Made by a program: the position numbers and the translations under genes. This document shows, one piece after another, positions 14,542-29,079 of a DNA stretch of 64,000 bases (positions are counted from its first letter, which is position 1; each line of letters starts with the position of its first letter). Under the pieces are notes generated by a model. That model was not told the DNA's origin and made no database searches. It worked only from the letters and a program-made list of their open reading frames with translations. This DNA comes from Enoplolaimus lenunculus (lineage: Eukaryota): contig JASANG010003005.1 of assembly GCA_030248215.1 (NCBI GenBank), positions 186,001 to 250,000 of the forward strand, read 5' to 3'.

Positions 14542-15149
14542 GTGAGCGATTTGCAGTGCCACTTCCAGAGTTAGCAGTCGCGAGCGCAATTTATGTAGCG
14601 GGCATGCGCATATAAATTGGTATGGACATGCTCTTGTTTTTGCAGTTGTTAATATGGGATAGCAGTGTTGACCATTAAAAATTTATTCCACTAATAAGTA
14701 TATCTTTAAGCGCACAACCTTTAATCCTAAAGTCAACCATTTAGCTTGTACAAATTTATTGCTGTTTAAACAACGTATGTATAGTGGAGCTAGAAAGAAA
14801 TTGATATTGAAGAACAAAGTTTATCAGATTTGTAATTTTGGTGTAAAATATTTGTTTTACATAAGTACACGTTATTTTCAGTCTGGTACGGATTATTTCT
14901 TACAAATCACGGGACGCTAAATGTCTTAAACCGCGTTAAAACGCTGATCATGTTTTTGCAGTATGATCGAAACGTAGGATAGATATCATGGGACTTGTGC
15001 TTTTCTAAGTTGGTTGTATTTTTCCACGTGAATATTATTTCAAATTCCGAACCAATTCAAGCAATAATGAGTTGAATAGTGTTAAATATAACTTACTATG
15101 TATTAAAATTATCGCTAAACCACGTGTCTTGTTTCAATTTGATTTTGAT

Positions 15150-15827
15150 CTGGGATGGGCGGTCTCGGTTTCGGCAAGTCTCGGAATTTCGCTGGTCACG
15201 AGGTCTCGATTCTCTTTAGTCTCGGTGGTTTGCAAATCGAGACCAAACAGGTGAAAAACGATAAACAATTGCTATTAGCTGAGCTAGTTTGACTTGATGA
15301 AAGGATACAACAATGCTTTGCTCGGATTTCAGACTAAATGCACATGCGTGAACCACTAAAAATTGGATTTCATTCAATACTCTGACATGCGGATGCATGG
15401 AGACAAGTAATAACCTCATAGTGATGCTGTACATCGGTAAATCACTGCTGCAATGTAGTGCCTTCATATGCAGCAGCAGTAAAAACATGGAAGAACCAAG
15501 ATACATGTGTATAATGGTGAGGTTCTGATAAGGCATAAAAACAGAAAAATTTAGCAATTAATTTAGCAATTGATTGTGAGGCGGCGTGCCTCAGTGGCTA
15601 GCGCGCTGGACTGATAATCTGTCCACCGAGTTCGAGCCCTCCTGGGAAAGTCCCTCAGTTTCGGCTGCTAAGCACTCGGAACTAAAACCATTGTACCCCA
15701 GCCCGCCAAACTTATCACAGTGACGGTATAAAAATAATGAGACCGTGATCAAAAGTCTCGGTCTCGGTAGATTGGGTCTCAGTCTTAGACTCGGTATTGC
15801 TTCTTTGACCGAGACCGCTCATCCCTG
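15150..15827. mobile_element. hAT-like MITE family E (gtctcg repeats), contains a SINE; second copy 27399-27805
   Basis: TIRs ctgggatgggcggtctcgg / ccgagaccgctcatccctg; TSD degenerate. Confidence 0.75.
15578..15738 (+). mobile_element. tRNA-derived SINE candidate
   Basis: A-box-like tgcctcagtgg; anticodon-like loop ctgataa; B-box gagttcgagcc; A-rich tail; no acceptor stem. Confidence 0.6.
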
Positions 15828-18800
15828 GTTTTAGTGAGTATCGGCATTGGCACTGCAAAACACTGCCGATTCTTTACCGATACTTTTTGCACACAACAGT
15901 CAGTTGGTATGCTATCAGTTTCACTTCTTGGCGTATATTAGTTTGTTTGATCAGATAAACTTATCTCTCTTGCGTATGTGTTCGAAAAAATTAATCTAAT
16001 TGTACCATTCTCATAAAACTATAATCGTTTATGGTGGTTTTAGTGTAGTATAGTATGCACTATTCAAATTTTGACAATCGCCGAAAATAAACCATCGAAA
16101 GTAGATTTCGCTTCCGTGGATTATGGAAATCTAAAATACAGCAGATAAACTGAATAACTATCTCCAACTAGGGCTATTTCACCAATAATATTGCAAAAAC
16201 AAAAATAAAACAAATTTTTCGGCAGCATGTATTTTCAGTTTCCGGCTCCGTTTCCGGTATTTTTTCGAATTCCGGTGCCGGTAAATTGTATATGTGGTTG
16301 CACCCTGATGGTTTTGGGTTAAGTCTTCGCATAATAATGTAATGTAGTATCATATTTGTTCATTAAGCATGGTGTATATACTAAAGTTGGAATCCGTATC
16401 GACATGGATATCGGAACATTTTCAAAATAAGAATCGGCATCGGCAAAAATGTTGGTATCATCACATAACTATATAAAAAATAAACAAATTTCGTTCGCCA
16501 GAAAATATCGCACACAGCATTTACCAACATTTGGCTGTACAAATTTGAAGTAACTTATAGTGGAACCCAACTACATGTATTGAGCGAAATTCGGACTTAA
16601 TTAGTTATTAATCAGTCTATTTAATCATTGCAAGCTTATAAAAAACCACAAACGAATAGTTTGACATACTTACTTTCCAATTAAGCTAATAAGTGCAACA
16701 AAGTACCTATCCTATATGCTCTTTAAACATGGTGGCACATCCCTATTAGTAATGTATTAACTCATGCAGATACGTACAATATCATTTACTCACGTATAAA
16801 ATATATTTCAGTTTGTGATGATCTGTGATCTGATGACTTGTCCACGGTATACCCGGTACTTGTTTGCCCCGGTATACGCTGATACTGGGTCAGGCACTCG
16901 GTGCCGGGACACCTCTACTATGTATGTATATATTCGAAACAAAACGTATGCTGTAGTAAAAATTTACTGTCATTTTGTAGTTATTTAAGCGGATAACCGG
17001 CGGAGCAATCCGAATTTTTCTTACGGCACTCTTTGGCTCCAGTATAATGTATACTGATGCTACAGTCGGGGGCTCTTCGCCGGGACACTTCAGATGTTTA
17101 TACCAAACAAAAGTTATAATGTTGCAAAAAATATAACTGTCACATCGTGGTTTAGGAGACGACTGGTGGAGCAATCCGGATTTTCCTCACGCAGGTTTCC
17201 GTTTAAATTTATCATCACGGCTTAACACAGCAATGAATTCATTACGCATACAACCATGCAATGCATTATATTTCACCAGTTTTGAGTATGAAACAGTGGC
17301 GAGTTTCGTTCGTATTTTCTGTGCGGTGTTGAGTTCAACTATTGAACACAAGCTTATTTTGCCTGATCCGAAACTGAATTCTAATTGGGTTTGCAGGCCT
17401 GTAATACGTATAGCATGGTATTTGGAAATCTGGTACTTGTGAGCCAGGTTTGAATTCTGGTTCTGGCATGGTAAAAATACCTTAACCGGATATATATTTA
17501 ACCGCATATTTCAAAAAAATTTAACTTAATCTCGCTATTTAGTGCTTCGTGCTATTCGTACGATTATAATTTTGTTTCTAGTTTCTTGAAATTAATACTT
17601 ATATACGTATTTATCATGTCGATCAAAATGTGCTGCTATATATTGTGATTTTGATTATAAATATATAATAGTATAATATACAGTTGTGGTATACTTTTCA
17701 TCAATAAATACCCAACAAAGTAGAATACCGGAGAACGATGTCGATTTTTTGCCGGAGTCAGATGGCGGGTTGTAGGCTAATTGAGCGAAGCTCTGAGTTT
17801 CGCGAAGGGCTTTGTTTTGCGCTCGGGAGGCGAAAGGTGCATATCCGTCCAACGAAAACCTCAGTTATTGTTGAACTGATTTTGATAAACTTTTTTGTAG
17901 GGATATCCCAATTTATCGGCATCGATAATAATCGGCACTTTTCAGGAGCATCAGCATCGGCACTGCAAAAGATTACCAATTCCTTGCCTGTACTTTTTGA
18001 ACATATAACAGTTAGTTGGAATACAAACAAATCACTTATTGGCGTATATTAGTGCATCTGATCAGGGAAACTGTTATGTATCTTTCTTACGTTTCTGTTT
18101 GACAAAATTTATTCAAATGAACCAATCTTATTTAATTACAATCTTTTATGATTGTTAATAAATCTTCGCATTTATGATGATAAAGTTATTAAGCCTTATA
18201 ACAGAATTATCGCAAAGTCTTATATCTAAACAATTATCGCAGACATTTCGGCGAAGAAAATGTCTGAAATGAACACAGAACGGGACACGAAAAAATCGTT
18301 GTGGCCAAAAAAAGCTAATTTTTATAGTTTCAAACATTCACAGTAAATATGTAATTGGCCACAAAAGTTCAACATCAGCTTCCAAAACGATGGATAGTAA
18401 AAAATACCGAATTTGCCAGTAGGAACCGTAATTATTCATGCACTCGCACTGTGTTTTCTGTGCGGTATATTTTACAATTTATTGCGCTGTAGTTGTATCA
18501 TTTTGGAACCGAATGTATAGTTGAACGGGTGATGTCAATTAAAAACAGAAACCCGTAGCCTGTAGCCGAGAACCTTAATAATGCAAACTACTGCTGTTGT
18601 TTCACGATTAAGCAACATGTATTATGTCATTTGATTGGTTTAACTGGAGATCGCTGTCTGGGGTGTGTCGGCGCATATCACTATAGTACGTATGTATATA
18701 TTATGTATTTCTGTTATTCTTGCCTGCTCAACTCACGATGCTGCGCAAAAATGTTTATGCTGGAAATGAAAGCTTTAGTTTGCCGTTTGACAAACATAGT

Positions 18801-18954
18801 TTCATAGGCAAAATAAATAATTAATAACCTTGTTCGTGTCACCGATTTGAGATGCAGATTTCTGCCATGTTGGGAAAGTTTTTCGTTCGAATAAACTGTA
18901 TACGTATATATAGTTCGTTTTATTGTGAAAATAAAGAAGCATAGTGTCATTTGG

Positions 18955-19356
18955 TATATGTCGCAGCCCAAGTCGTAATTCAGTCCAATTCCGAATTGGG
19001 CTAGTCGAAAGCGGATTAGTGACTTCTGCTAGACCAAGGTGGAATCATGTCTGATAAAGCTGTGCGTGTGTTCTGATTGGTTACTTGATAGTCGTAATCC
19101 AGCTTCATTCCACTTAGCTTAGTAAAATTTAACTGTTTGGTAAGCAACAGGCGGTGATTAATTAGCCAATCAGAAAAGACTATTTGCGTCAGTTAATCGT
19201 ATTTAAGTATGACATTAAAATACTTAGTAACCGATCACAAGTCGTGCACTTGTAACAGAGAAAGAATTATGCCTTGTGCTATTCGAAGTCGTAATTCTGC
19301 CCTGTGACTAGCCCAATTCGGAATTGGGCTGAATTACGGCTTGGCCTACGACATAT
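18955..19356. mobile_element. Foldback MITE
   Basis: About 50-bp inverted arms (tatatgtcgcagcccaagtcgtaattcag...). Confidence 0.75.
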
Positions 19357-19840
19357 ATAATATCAGGGTGCGACTGGATATTAACAAATGCCGGAGCCGG
19401 ATAATTAACTCAAAAATAATACTAAACGGCATTCAAATATCACAGCGTAGCTAATATTTTGCTCCTTTTGTGGCCTAAGGTATTCAAAGTGTTTACGTGA
19501 CAAAGCTTAACATCTCACGCTGATGCACATTTCACACGTTAACAACGACCCTATTCCGCTATTCTATGTTGTTGTAGCGTTGCGTTCAGTTGCAATAGGC
19601 ATTTTTGTTTGACCAATGTTACTTTTAAGGGTAGCCAGTTTTGTTCTATGTACTGTCAAATGTTATCGGTGGTAATAATTTTGTTGGTCAAAAGCAAAAT
19701 TTGAGTGTCTGTGACGAATTTCTTAGTTTCGAAATAATTATGTAGTTGAAACATGTCGCTAGCGAATTTTCAGATTTTCATAAAATCTTAAAATCACCGT
19801 TTCACGCTTTAGTTTTAGCTGCAAAACGTTGCATGATGAT

Positions 19841-19930
19841 GAGGGTGCAAAGCGAAACTGGATTATATCGGAATCGGAACTCGTTTTGAATCTGAATTCG
19901 AACCGGAATCGGCATTCCGATTGCACCCTG
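19841..19930. mobile_element. 90-bp internally deleted family D MITE
   Basis: Both termini retained; flanked by atgatgat on both sides. Confidence 0.8.
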
Positions 19931-20292
19931 ATGATGATGATGACGATTGGTTTGATGACAAATTGTTGCAAAACGTGTTGTAGTGGAAATATAGTGACTG
20001 AAATTGTGATAAAAGTTAATTTTTGTCTGTGACAGGTTTTTTGCGTAAGTACGTTTAGGCGATTTGGGTCAAAACTATAAAACTGCAATAGTGTTTTGTT
20101 TAGTAATTCGTTCTTTAGCGCATTAAAATTTATACTGGAAAGTTCTTTGTTACAAAACATGTCGGTCTGTACTCAGGTTTACGGCACGAAAAAATTCGGG
20201 TCCAGGTTTTGGCGTTGGGAAATTGTTGATCCGTGTACGGGATCTTCTTGTATAAAAATCGCGGGTCCAGATATTTCTTTAAATGTTGCAAT

Positions 20293-20701
20293 TAGGGATG
20301 TGCCGATTAATCGGCATCGGTAATAATCGGCAGTTTTCGTGAGTATCGGCATCGGCACTGCAAAAAAATTGCCGATTGTCTGCCGATACTTTTTGCACAT
20401 CACAGTCAGTTTGAATGCTATCAATTTCATTTCTGGGCGCATATCAGTGTGTCCGGTCAGGAAAACTGACATTCTTCTTGTGTTTGAAAAAAATTAATTG
20501 AAATGAACCGTTCGTCTAAAATTATAATCGTTTACGTTGGTTACGGTTTAAGTCTTCATGTAATGATGTAATGTAGTATTATATCTGTTTGTTAAGCATG
20601 GTGTACTAAAGTTGGAATCGGCATCGGTTCGGCATCGGAAAAATTTCAAAATAAGTATCGGTATCGGCATCGGCAAAAATTTTGGTATCGGCACATCCCT
20701 A
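20293..20701. mobile_element. hAT MITE family A, full copy (partial copies ~10580-10850, ~15840-16470, ~17900-18160)
   Basis: TIR tagggatgtgccgat resembles Ac/Ds TAGGGATG; TSD gttgcaat/gttgcaac. Confidence 0.9.
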
Positions 20702-21126
20702 GTTGCAACTCAACACTTGTCAGCGATAGATCTTGGCAAACTGTAATACCGGAGCCGGATATTTCAGTCAATGACGGTACAAATATATTGCTCTGGTATA
20801 GCGTGCGTCCTGGATGGGTCCGCCGCATGTATATAGTATACCTACTTAGAGTTGGTTTTGAAAAAGCGTGTGAGCTTCGTTGGACACCATTAAGCTACAG
20901 ATTCAATAATAGTGAAAACTGTATAACAATTGCTGTTTTGTTGTACCTATTTGTATATACCAGCCGGCGCAGGTTGAACTTAATAGGTTGAAAAACGAGG
21001 AGGCTGTAAACATTATGTTCTAAATGGTATATATTTATATTCACATTACGCATGATGTTGGTTCTATTCGACAAAGCAGTTTAGGCTTTAGGTTAACTAA
21101 TGCATATATTATATATATATATATAT

Positions 21127-21523
21127 CAGGGTGCAACCGGAATTACAATTTACCGGAACCGGAACCGGAATTTGAAAATTTTACCGGAACCGGAACCGGA
21201 AAATGAAAAATGCATTTCACCAAAAATTTCATTTTAATCTTATTTTTTGCTCTATTATTTGTGAAATAACCTTAGTCGAACATAGGTATTTATTTTATTT
21301 GCTGTATTTTAGATTTTCATCATCGACTGAAGTGAAATCCACCATCAATGGCTTATATTCGGAGTACAAGTGGCTGTCAAAAGAGATTCTTAAAAATTAG
21401 CAAAGTTAAGAAAACGGCCAAATTATAACACCGGAATTTTTAAATCCGGTAAAAATTTACCGGAACCGGAACCGGAAGGTGAAAAATTGCCGGAACCGGA
21501 ACCGGAATTCCGGTTGCACCCTG
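21127..21523. mobile_element. hAT MITE family C, near-identical inverted copy of 8767-9157
   Basis: Same TIRs; the spurious ORFs at 8890 (-) and 21203 (+) differ by one residue. Confidence 0.92.
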
Positions 21524-22456
21524 GTATATACATGTATATATGTGCGTATATATGTATATATAATATATACATATACATATATATATATATGAATATATGT
21601 ATATATGTCAGAGTGCAAAGCGGAACTGGATTATATCGGAATCGGAACAGAAAATTTATACCGGAATTCTAATCAAAATCGGAACTAGAAATTTTGTGAC
21701 AGTACGGATAATTTGTATTAACAAATATATACAATATTGATTTAGGGTGTCTGTTGCCTGACAACAGTTTTCATAAACGTCGCATGAACAAATGGCGACT
21801 ATTTTTAGGTCTGTAACGCTTAACTACAACTTATTATTGACAAGTTAACTCATCGAAAGCAATTTAATAGAATATATACATAACATTATATATACGTATA
21901 CTAGTAAGACAGCTTTGCGCAATGCGCAAAAGTACTTACAAATTTTCTTTTCATAGAACAATCACGTGTATTTCCTAAGAAATTATTGTAAACAAAGTAA
22001 TGCAGGAAAGTTGCCCAAAATGCGTATATATATGGAGCGTTCCAGTATTAATTTATAAATATTAGGTGGAATACAGGGGGTTGTCTTGATTTTTAGAAGC
22101 GAAAATGGAAAAGTTTAATAATCATTCCCAGATTACAAAAGCCGGAAACGTCCCTAAAAATCCGTGGTCCAGCGGTTGGCAGTGGTACGTATATGTATGT
22201 AGGATATACTTTTGGTCGCCAATCAGGGTATTCGCATACATAGTTTCCGCTGGAAATTAACCGAAAGTAAGCATGTTCGTGGTCTTTATTATTTACGCTG
22301 TTTGCTACACGTTTGTGCTTTATTCAACTGTCTAAGCATATATGGTTCGTTTGATAAGCAGGTATGGACAATATTTTGGATAGGGAGGGTCATATTCTAT
22401 GAAAATTTAGAACGACTTGGTCGTTGTGTAGTTACGTACATACTGAAAGCGTATGT

Positions 22457-22898
22457 CAGTAGTGCAATCGGAATTCTGATTCCGATTAGAATTCCGATTC
22501 AAAACGAGTTTCGATTCTGATCCCGATTACACAATCAATCGGAATCGGAATTTCCATATTTTAATTTTAGGCCTACTTGTTGTGATATGTTGTTTAAAAA
22601 TTCTGCATCTTTCATCTATTAAATTGTTTTCGATGGCTTAACTTATCAATAATTGGTTGTAGTTTAGTTTTACAGAGCTAAATAATGATTGCCAATAGAT
22701 TGTCGTTGTGTTCATGCGACGTTTTTGAGAATTATTGCCAGCCAACAGACATCATAAATCAATATTATACTTGTAAATACAAATTATCCGTATAGTCACA
22801 AATTTTGTAGTTCCAATTCCGATTCCGGTATAAGTTTGCTGTTCCGATTCCGATTCCGATTCCGATTCTGGTATAGTTCAGTTCCGCTTTGAACCCTG
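22457..22898. mobile_element. hAT MITE family D (reverse orientation)
   Basis: Perfect TSD gcgtatgt. Confidence 0.88.
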
Positions 22899-23500
22899 GC
22901 GTATGTATCAGAAAACCATTTTGCGAAAATGTCGAAGTTAAGTTTAGCCCTTAAAACCACCACTGCCCTGATGAGTATATACGCTTTTGTGAGTAAGATC
23001 TAATGAACGCGGCGTGCTGATCAGCACGTAAGCTTAAATGTGATATGCATCAAACAGGGTTGGGCCTGATTTCCAGGTTCGACCGTGATTTGTGGCAAAC
23101 GTAAGTTTAGCGTTTGAACCATTAGTATAGCGGAGCGAAAGAACAAAATTGTAGGATTTAGTACTTCAATTTAGCCTTAAGAATTGATGCTAAGAGTTGA
23201 TGCTAAGCGTCGTGTGCATGTTCCCCCGTCTTCTGCACTCACGTCGTATAACCAATCGGGCTGTCCGATGGGCTTCACGGAAGCCGCATCAGATCCTCGG
23301 GTGTTTCAACGGGACTTCCATGTTCACTGCTACGGATTCCAATTTTAGAAAATGCCGGTTGGATTTGGGTTGTCTTAAATTTTTGACTAATTTTTGTAAC
23401 GAGATTTTCGTAAACATTCGTTCAGTGAACTCGACTGAGGCTCTCTGGCGAGTAGTTGGCTCTAACCTTGGCACTGTTAGCACCCCATATTGAATCGATG

Positions 23501-23680
23501 GACCCATGTATAGAACAGGGCCGGAACGTTTTCCGGAGGGGCTATAATAGAGTCAGTTTGAGCTTTAGACTAATTTTTTTTGCTTAGACTTAGACTTATT
23601 CATAGGATCATCCATACGATGTGGCTTAGGCTTAGGAATATGTTTATACTACTGTTCCGGCGCTGTTCTATGTATGGGCC
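23501..23680. mobile_element. Merlin-like MITE carrying TTAGGC-like repeats
   Basis: Perfect 8-bp TSD aatcgatg. Confidence 0.8.
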
Positions 23681-24076
23681 AATCGATGTTTTCCAAAATG
23701 GATTTTTGTGAAAAACGAATTCAATTGAAATTCATTTTCTGACTTCGGTTCAGTTTTAAGTTCCCCATTCGGTGTTGTTTCATTGTCGCAAATATGCAGT
23801 TTGTACTTTCGTTCTGGCTTGTTCACCGAAATAAAAATCAAAGTAGCGGCTGGCTGTGACACGTCGTTTGAACAAATTTGAGTAGACGAAAGAAATTCTA
23901 GACGACCAACCAAGAACCAGAGATCATTACTCTGAGAATTATTTTTAAGCAAATAATGATTTTTGTGGGCGAAGCGAATGTCATTCAGCAAGATAATTGG
24001 ATACTGTTTGCACCGAGTATTTTTGACTGGTTTGATCGAAATGATGTTAATTTTTGTTTTCTTTGGTGGTATAATT

Positions 24077-24478
24077 CAAGGTTGCAACAGGAACTAAATT
24101 TTGCCGGAACAGGAACAGGAATTGTATTTGTTTGCAGTAAACCGGAACAGGAACAGGAACCGGAATTTGAAATAATTTTCATTACCGAATTATTGTTGGA
24201 CTTTTTAGAAACCTTATCAAACATGGCTTAAGCGAATTTTCAGGTATTTCTTCGACAAATTTTGCGAAAACACGCCGTAAACAGTTTATTACATAACAAA
24301 ATTAAACTTAATTGCAAAAACACTTATATTTTGAAATAACAATTTTTTAAAGAAAAAGTTTGCAGCAACATTTGCCACAAAACCCTAAAATTTCCGGTTC
24401 GTGCGTCTTTGAATACAGGAACAAGAATTGAATTTTTGCAGAAAAATCGGCTGGAACACGAATTACGGTTGAACCTAA
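24077..24478. mobile_element. hAT-like MITE family F (aacagg repeats); relatives ~9213-9817, ~2300-2520, ~57680-58150
   Basis: Shared internal sequence across copies; boundaries approximate. Confidence 0.65.
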
Positions 24479-25707
24479 TGGTATATTTGCTGGCGTAGGT
24501 TTAAGTACATCTGATCATTAAAGTGTGTGATATCTGTTTCCTGTCTCTTTAAGGAAATTGATTGAAAAAACAACCTTTGGCATAAAATTATAACCGTTTT
24601 ATTCGTAGCTGTCTGGGTTGATGTAATATACGTAGTAATCTTAATGATTATTCACAAATCATGTATTAAAATTGGAATCACCATCAGTAAAACATATTGG
24701 TATAGGTATCCGTTTGGATTTGACATCATGAAGGAACAAGCATCTACTGTTTCAGCAACAAAAAATGTTATATATAGTCCGATAATTGTAGTTTTGTATA
24801 ATCTAAGTAGTTTTTTTCTTTCGTTTGTCCGCGTATCCGCCAGAGTTTGTGTGGACAGTAGTTAATTTTCAAGACTTGCTTGCTTCTGCTACAAATATGC
24901 TGCATATGCGGTAAATAGAGTCATTTCTTTTCAAATATTAAGTGGTGGTGGAATAGCAGCTTATGGTTGCAACAGCAGTAGTAGCAGCAGCAGCAGGAAG
25001 GTAATGGCATTCTTTGTGTTTGGTATGGTTTTGGCTTTACGTACGTACCGCAGTGGATGGCCGCCGCACTGGCTGACTGGTTCTCTATGGTATATTGCGG
25101 AAATCACCGTTTTGAGAGTGGTAAAATAGTAGTAGCTTGCTGAGCGGCTAAGTAATAAACATACATACTTGGTGGCAGCATGGAAATAGCTATGATTTTG
25201 GGAAGCGGGTTACGTTCGATAAACTTTCGAATGACGGGCTGTTATGTTACAAACTGAAAAATATTGAAAACCTTTGTGTGTAATAATCTCAAACGAGTGG
25301 TTGGCCGCTGAAACCACCTGCTCTGGTTACGTCCTTGATGGTGCGAGCGTTTGGTGTGTAGCACGGTGTTTCCAGAATGCGCGCTGTGGTGGGTTATAGT
25401 TAGAAATATAGCCAGAATTTCGGAACAGGGGTACGTTACATAAAAAATTTCAGAGAAGATTTCTTGTGTTTTATAGACTGATTTTAAACCCTGGAGAAAA
25501 ATTCCAAAGGGGGCTTGACTTCTGAACCCATCCTATGGGTTGGGTCTGAAATTTATCATTGTAATCATATGAAGAGAGTGGATTTTTATTTGTGGTCGGG
25601 ATTGACACTGGATTGAAAGGCGGCAGTGTAAACGTAGATTATGCGTATTTCCGTTTAGTGTTTTTGTTTTGGTTTTGGTACCCAATTCGAATTACAATGG
25701 TAATGGT

Positions 25708-26105
25708 CAAGGTGCCACCGGAATTCCGATTCCGATTAGAATTCCGATTCAAAACGAGTTCCGATTTCGATTACGATTACGGTTGCACAATCAGTCGGAA
25801 TCAGAATTTTTAAATTTTAATTTTAATTCTATTTGTTGTGATATGTTGCACAAGAATTCTGTGTCATTTATCTATTAAATTGCTTTCGATGAATTAACTT
25901 ATCAATAATAGGCTGTAGTTAAGCTTTACAGAACCAAAAATCATCGCCAATTTGTTCATGCGACGTTTATGAAAACTGTTGTCAGCCAACAGACGCCCTA
26001 AATCAATATTATATTTGTTAATACAAATTATCTGTACCATCACAAAATTTCTAGTTTCAATTCCGATTAGAATTCTGGTATAATCCAGTTCCGCTTTGCA
26101 CCCTA
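25708..26105. mobile_element. hAT MITE family D (reverse orientation)
   Basis: TSD gtaatggt/gtattggt. Confidence 0.85.
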
Positions 26106-27935
26106 GTATTGGTGTATATATACAGGCTACGTAATATAATTCAGCTTAATAAGTGTAACGAAGTATAAGGTAAAGGTTCCGGTACGGATTCCTGCAACTG
26201 GTAGATACTTTGTTCCGGTTTAATAATTTAAGGACTAAAAAAATTTTGGACTTATTTGAAAAAATATTGTCTTAAAGTAAAAAATGAATGTCTTTGTGCA
26301 GTTTCTGCAATTTTGCAAATAGTTTGTTAAATTAAAATTGTACTAGTATACGTAGGTGCACACCGTGTGCAACTGGACTAAAGCTTCTCCGGTCCAAGAC
26401 TAAATTGACGCCTGGGCCCATCGTGATCGAAATAAAAATACTTTTTGAAACGCTGTAATGCTTTGCAGATATATAAAACGCATCCGAAACAATATGTATT
26501 CTCAAATGCATTCAGTCTTAATTTGAATACGTGACGTAAACAAAAATCCGTTGGAACGCTGCCCAAAATACGTATGTAGGGCGTTGCAGCTTTATGAGTG
26601 GTTTTGTAACATTGATGAAATCGCTTGAAATTTACATTTATTTAACACGCATCGACAGCAGGTGGTTGAGGAAAGCTATTTTGAATTCGGGTACAATTGA
26701 GTGCCCCCATTGAAACGAGATAAATGTACTTCGACCATGAAAGAGGAACGTTGCCGAATGAGTTATTTGACCTCAAATAAATATATGTAAATAATTGTGG
26801 CGCTTGTTATTTGAAAAATGACATCATGGCTTGTAATTCGTGATTTAGCGATAATTTTGCAAGTTTTCTAGTATATCTAACAAATCAATATCAATATACA
26901 TATTACGTATTTTGTTTCATTGTTTCATAATAACAGTTGGCTAATAATTGCTAATTTAACCCCTTTGAAGTATAAATTAAATTGGTATTGAAATTATCGA
27001 AAAATCTAGCGAAAAAAAATTGTGGCCGGCTCAAGGCTAACTGTACAGTTTGCCTAACGCATAGGGTTTCACTGCGAACGCTGTGTAAAATTGTTTTACG
27101 TGAAAGCGTATGGTTTGACATTTATGCAAATCTGACGGTGGCCCGGCTGTAAAAATGACCCTTGCCTGACGTTGAACTTTTTGAATGATTTTGATTGTAT
27201 CCAATATGGTTAAAATGTTCCGAAAATTGATAAAAATTGCAAGTCAGCAGACCTAAAAAAGTACGCATAAAATGTCAACGAAACTGTGATAATTTGGAAA
27301 TATACAGTTGAGGTCATTGTGTAAGGCAAATATTCACTGTAGAAAGTTGCTATTTTCTTACAAAACGGACGTTTAGAAATGTATTTGACTTGTGTCAGCA
27401 GGGATGAGAGTCTCGGTGTCGGCAAGTTTCGGTGTGTGTGGCAGGTTTCAGTGTCGGTTTTTGGGTCTCGTCGGTTTATAAGCGAGACCGGAAGTCGAGT
27501 ATTCGCAAAAGTATGGCTGTAATGGCTGTATTGTTGAAGTAAGTGATGTTTGATAAATAAAGTTTCGCAGTGATTCTATGAATTTTATCGTTACGCAATA
27601 ATAATAATAAGCAGATATTCTGATAAACACGAAAAAAACTGTGGAAAACACAAAAAGCTACGAAAAAAATCATTAGAAATAATTTTGAAAATTTTAATTT
27701 TTTTCCCGTGTTGACCAAAAATTGACCGAGATTTTTCTGGTCTCCGTTGTCACGTCTCGGTCTTAATGTAGTTCTCTGGCTTTTAACCGAGACCGCCCAT
27801 ACATGTGTGTTTGCCAGCATTACGATGCGTTACAGAACTTACAACCAGATGAATGTGCAGAATACGTATAGTATTGTTTGTCGCAATATTTACTAGTTGA
27901 TAATCTCTTGTTGTTTCGCTATTATGTAGCGTCGG

Positions 27936-28338
27936 TAGGGTGCGACCGGATATCCGGTTCCGGTTTTTATCCGGCAAAAACTGATATCCGTATCCGGTTC
28001 CAGTATCCGGTATAAACCTACCGGATATTTACGGTTGTGGTGCCGAATACCGGATATTTACGGTTGTGGTGCCGAATACCGGATATTTACGGTTGTGGTG
28101 CCGAATATCATAAAATGCTTTTTACAAGGAAGCGTCTTTAATATCTGGCTGCGATTACATTTTCTGGGTAATTCAAGAACATCAAGTTTCGATACGTTTT
28201 AGCCATTTTTAACTTAAGCAAGCGAAAGTTAAACGCATTTTTGTATTATTTCAGTATATCAGCATCCGGTTCTTGTTCCGGTAAGAAATTTAATATCCGG
28301 TTCCGGTATCCGGTAAATTAATATCCGGTCGCAACCTG
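27936..28338. mobile_element. hAT MITE family B
   Basis: Perfect TSD agcgtcgg; internal 30-bp triplication. Confidence 0.9.
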
Positions 28339-28419
28339 AGCGTCGGCTACAAAAATACACAACTATTTCCAGGTTTCGAGCCCTTTGAATTGTAGTATTT
28401 TAACTATATATTGTTTCAG

Positions 28420-28514
28420 GTTTGGTAAAGTTGGGCGTGCATTGTGTTACTGGTAGGAAGATCGCAGTCAAAATTGTCAACAAAGAGAAATTATCGGAAT
28501 CTGTCCTGCAAAAA
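28420..28514 (+). CDS. sad-1: sad-1 exon 2: [31 protein letters not shown]
   Basis: tttcag acceptor, gtaact donor; contains the catalytic Lys. Confidence 0.97.
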
Positions 28515-29079
28515 GTAACTACTTTATTTGATTTTTATATATGTCGTAAGTCAATCTGCTATTCAAGCCAATTACCAATTGACTGGGATATTCTGCTATC
28601 ATAAGCAAATAGCAGTCTGGCCTAGGGTCAATAGTGATTGTGTTATGTTGCAAAATAACAATGGTGCAAATCCTATGCTGCACTCTGATTGGTTTATAAG
28701 TTCAATAACAGTTAGCGTGGGTCAAACTTATTACATAAAATGGCAAATTCTCCCTGGCCAAAATAGTAATTAACATGATTAGCAGATTGGCCTACGACAT
28801 ATATACGTAAAATAGTCCATCGATGCAGTACAGTTTAGAGGTTTATTGTTTCAAAATGGCCCCAAATTTGGGAATTTTGGTACTGAACGGTCCTCAGTCA
28901 ATTCAACAGGTTAACGAATACGTTGCATGCGTTAATTGGTTGACATTCATGTTCTACATCTATTAACTTTGATATCCGACTCACATACGCTTAACCAGGC
29001 CCTTTGGAAAGAGGAGTCACGGTATATAAAAATTTCGCAGGTGTGGTTCCTTGTGACAAATTTGAAATTGTCTAAAAAC

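Noticed and set aside
15581..15650. Functional tRNA-Ile(GAT) gene
   Set aside because: No acceptor stem and a poor anticodon stem; treated as a SINE head.
8890..21400. Duplicated 65-aa ORF MKNAFHQKFHF and the many NRNR/EPEP/IPIP ORFs
   Set aside because: Chance translations of MITE interiors and hexamer arrays; no transposase motifs.
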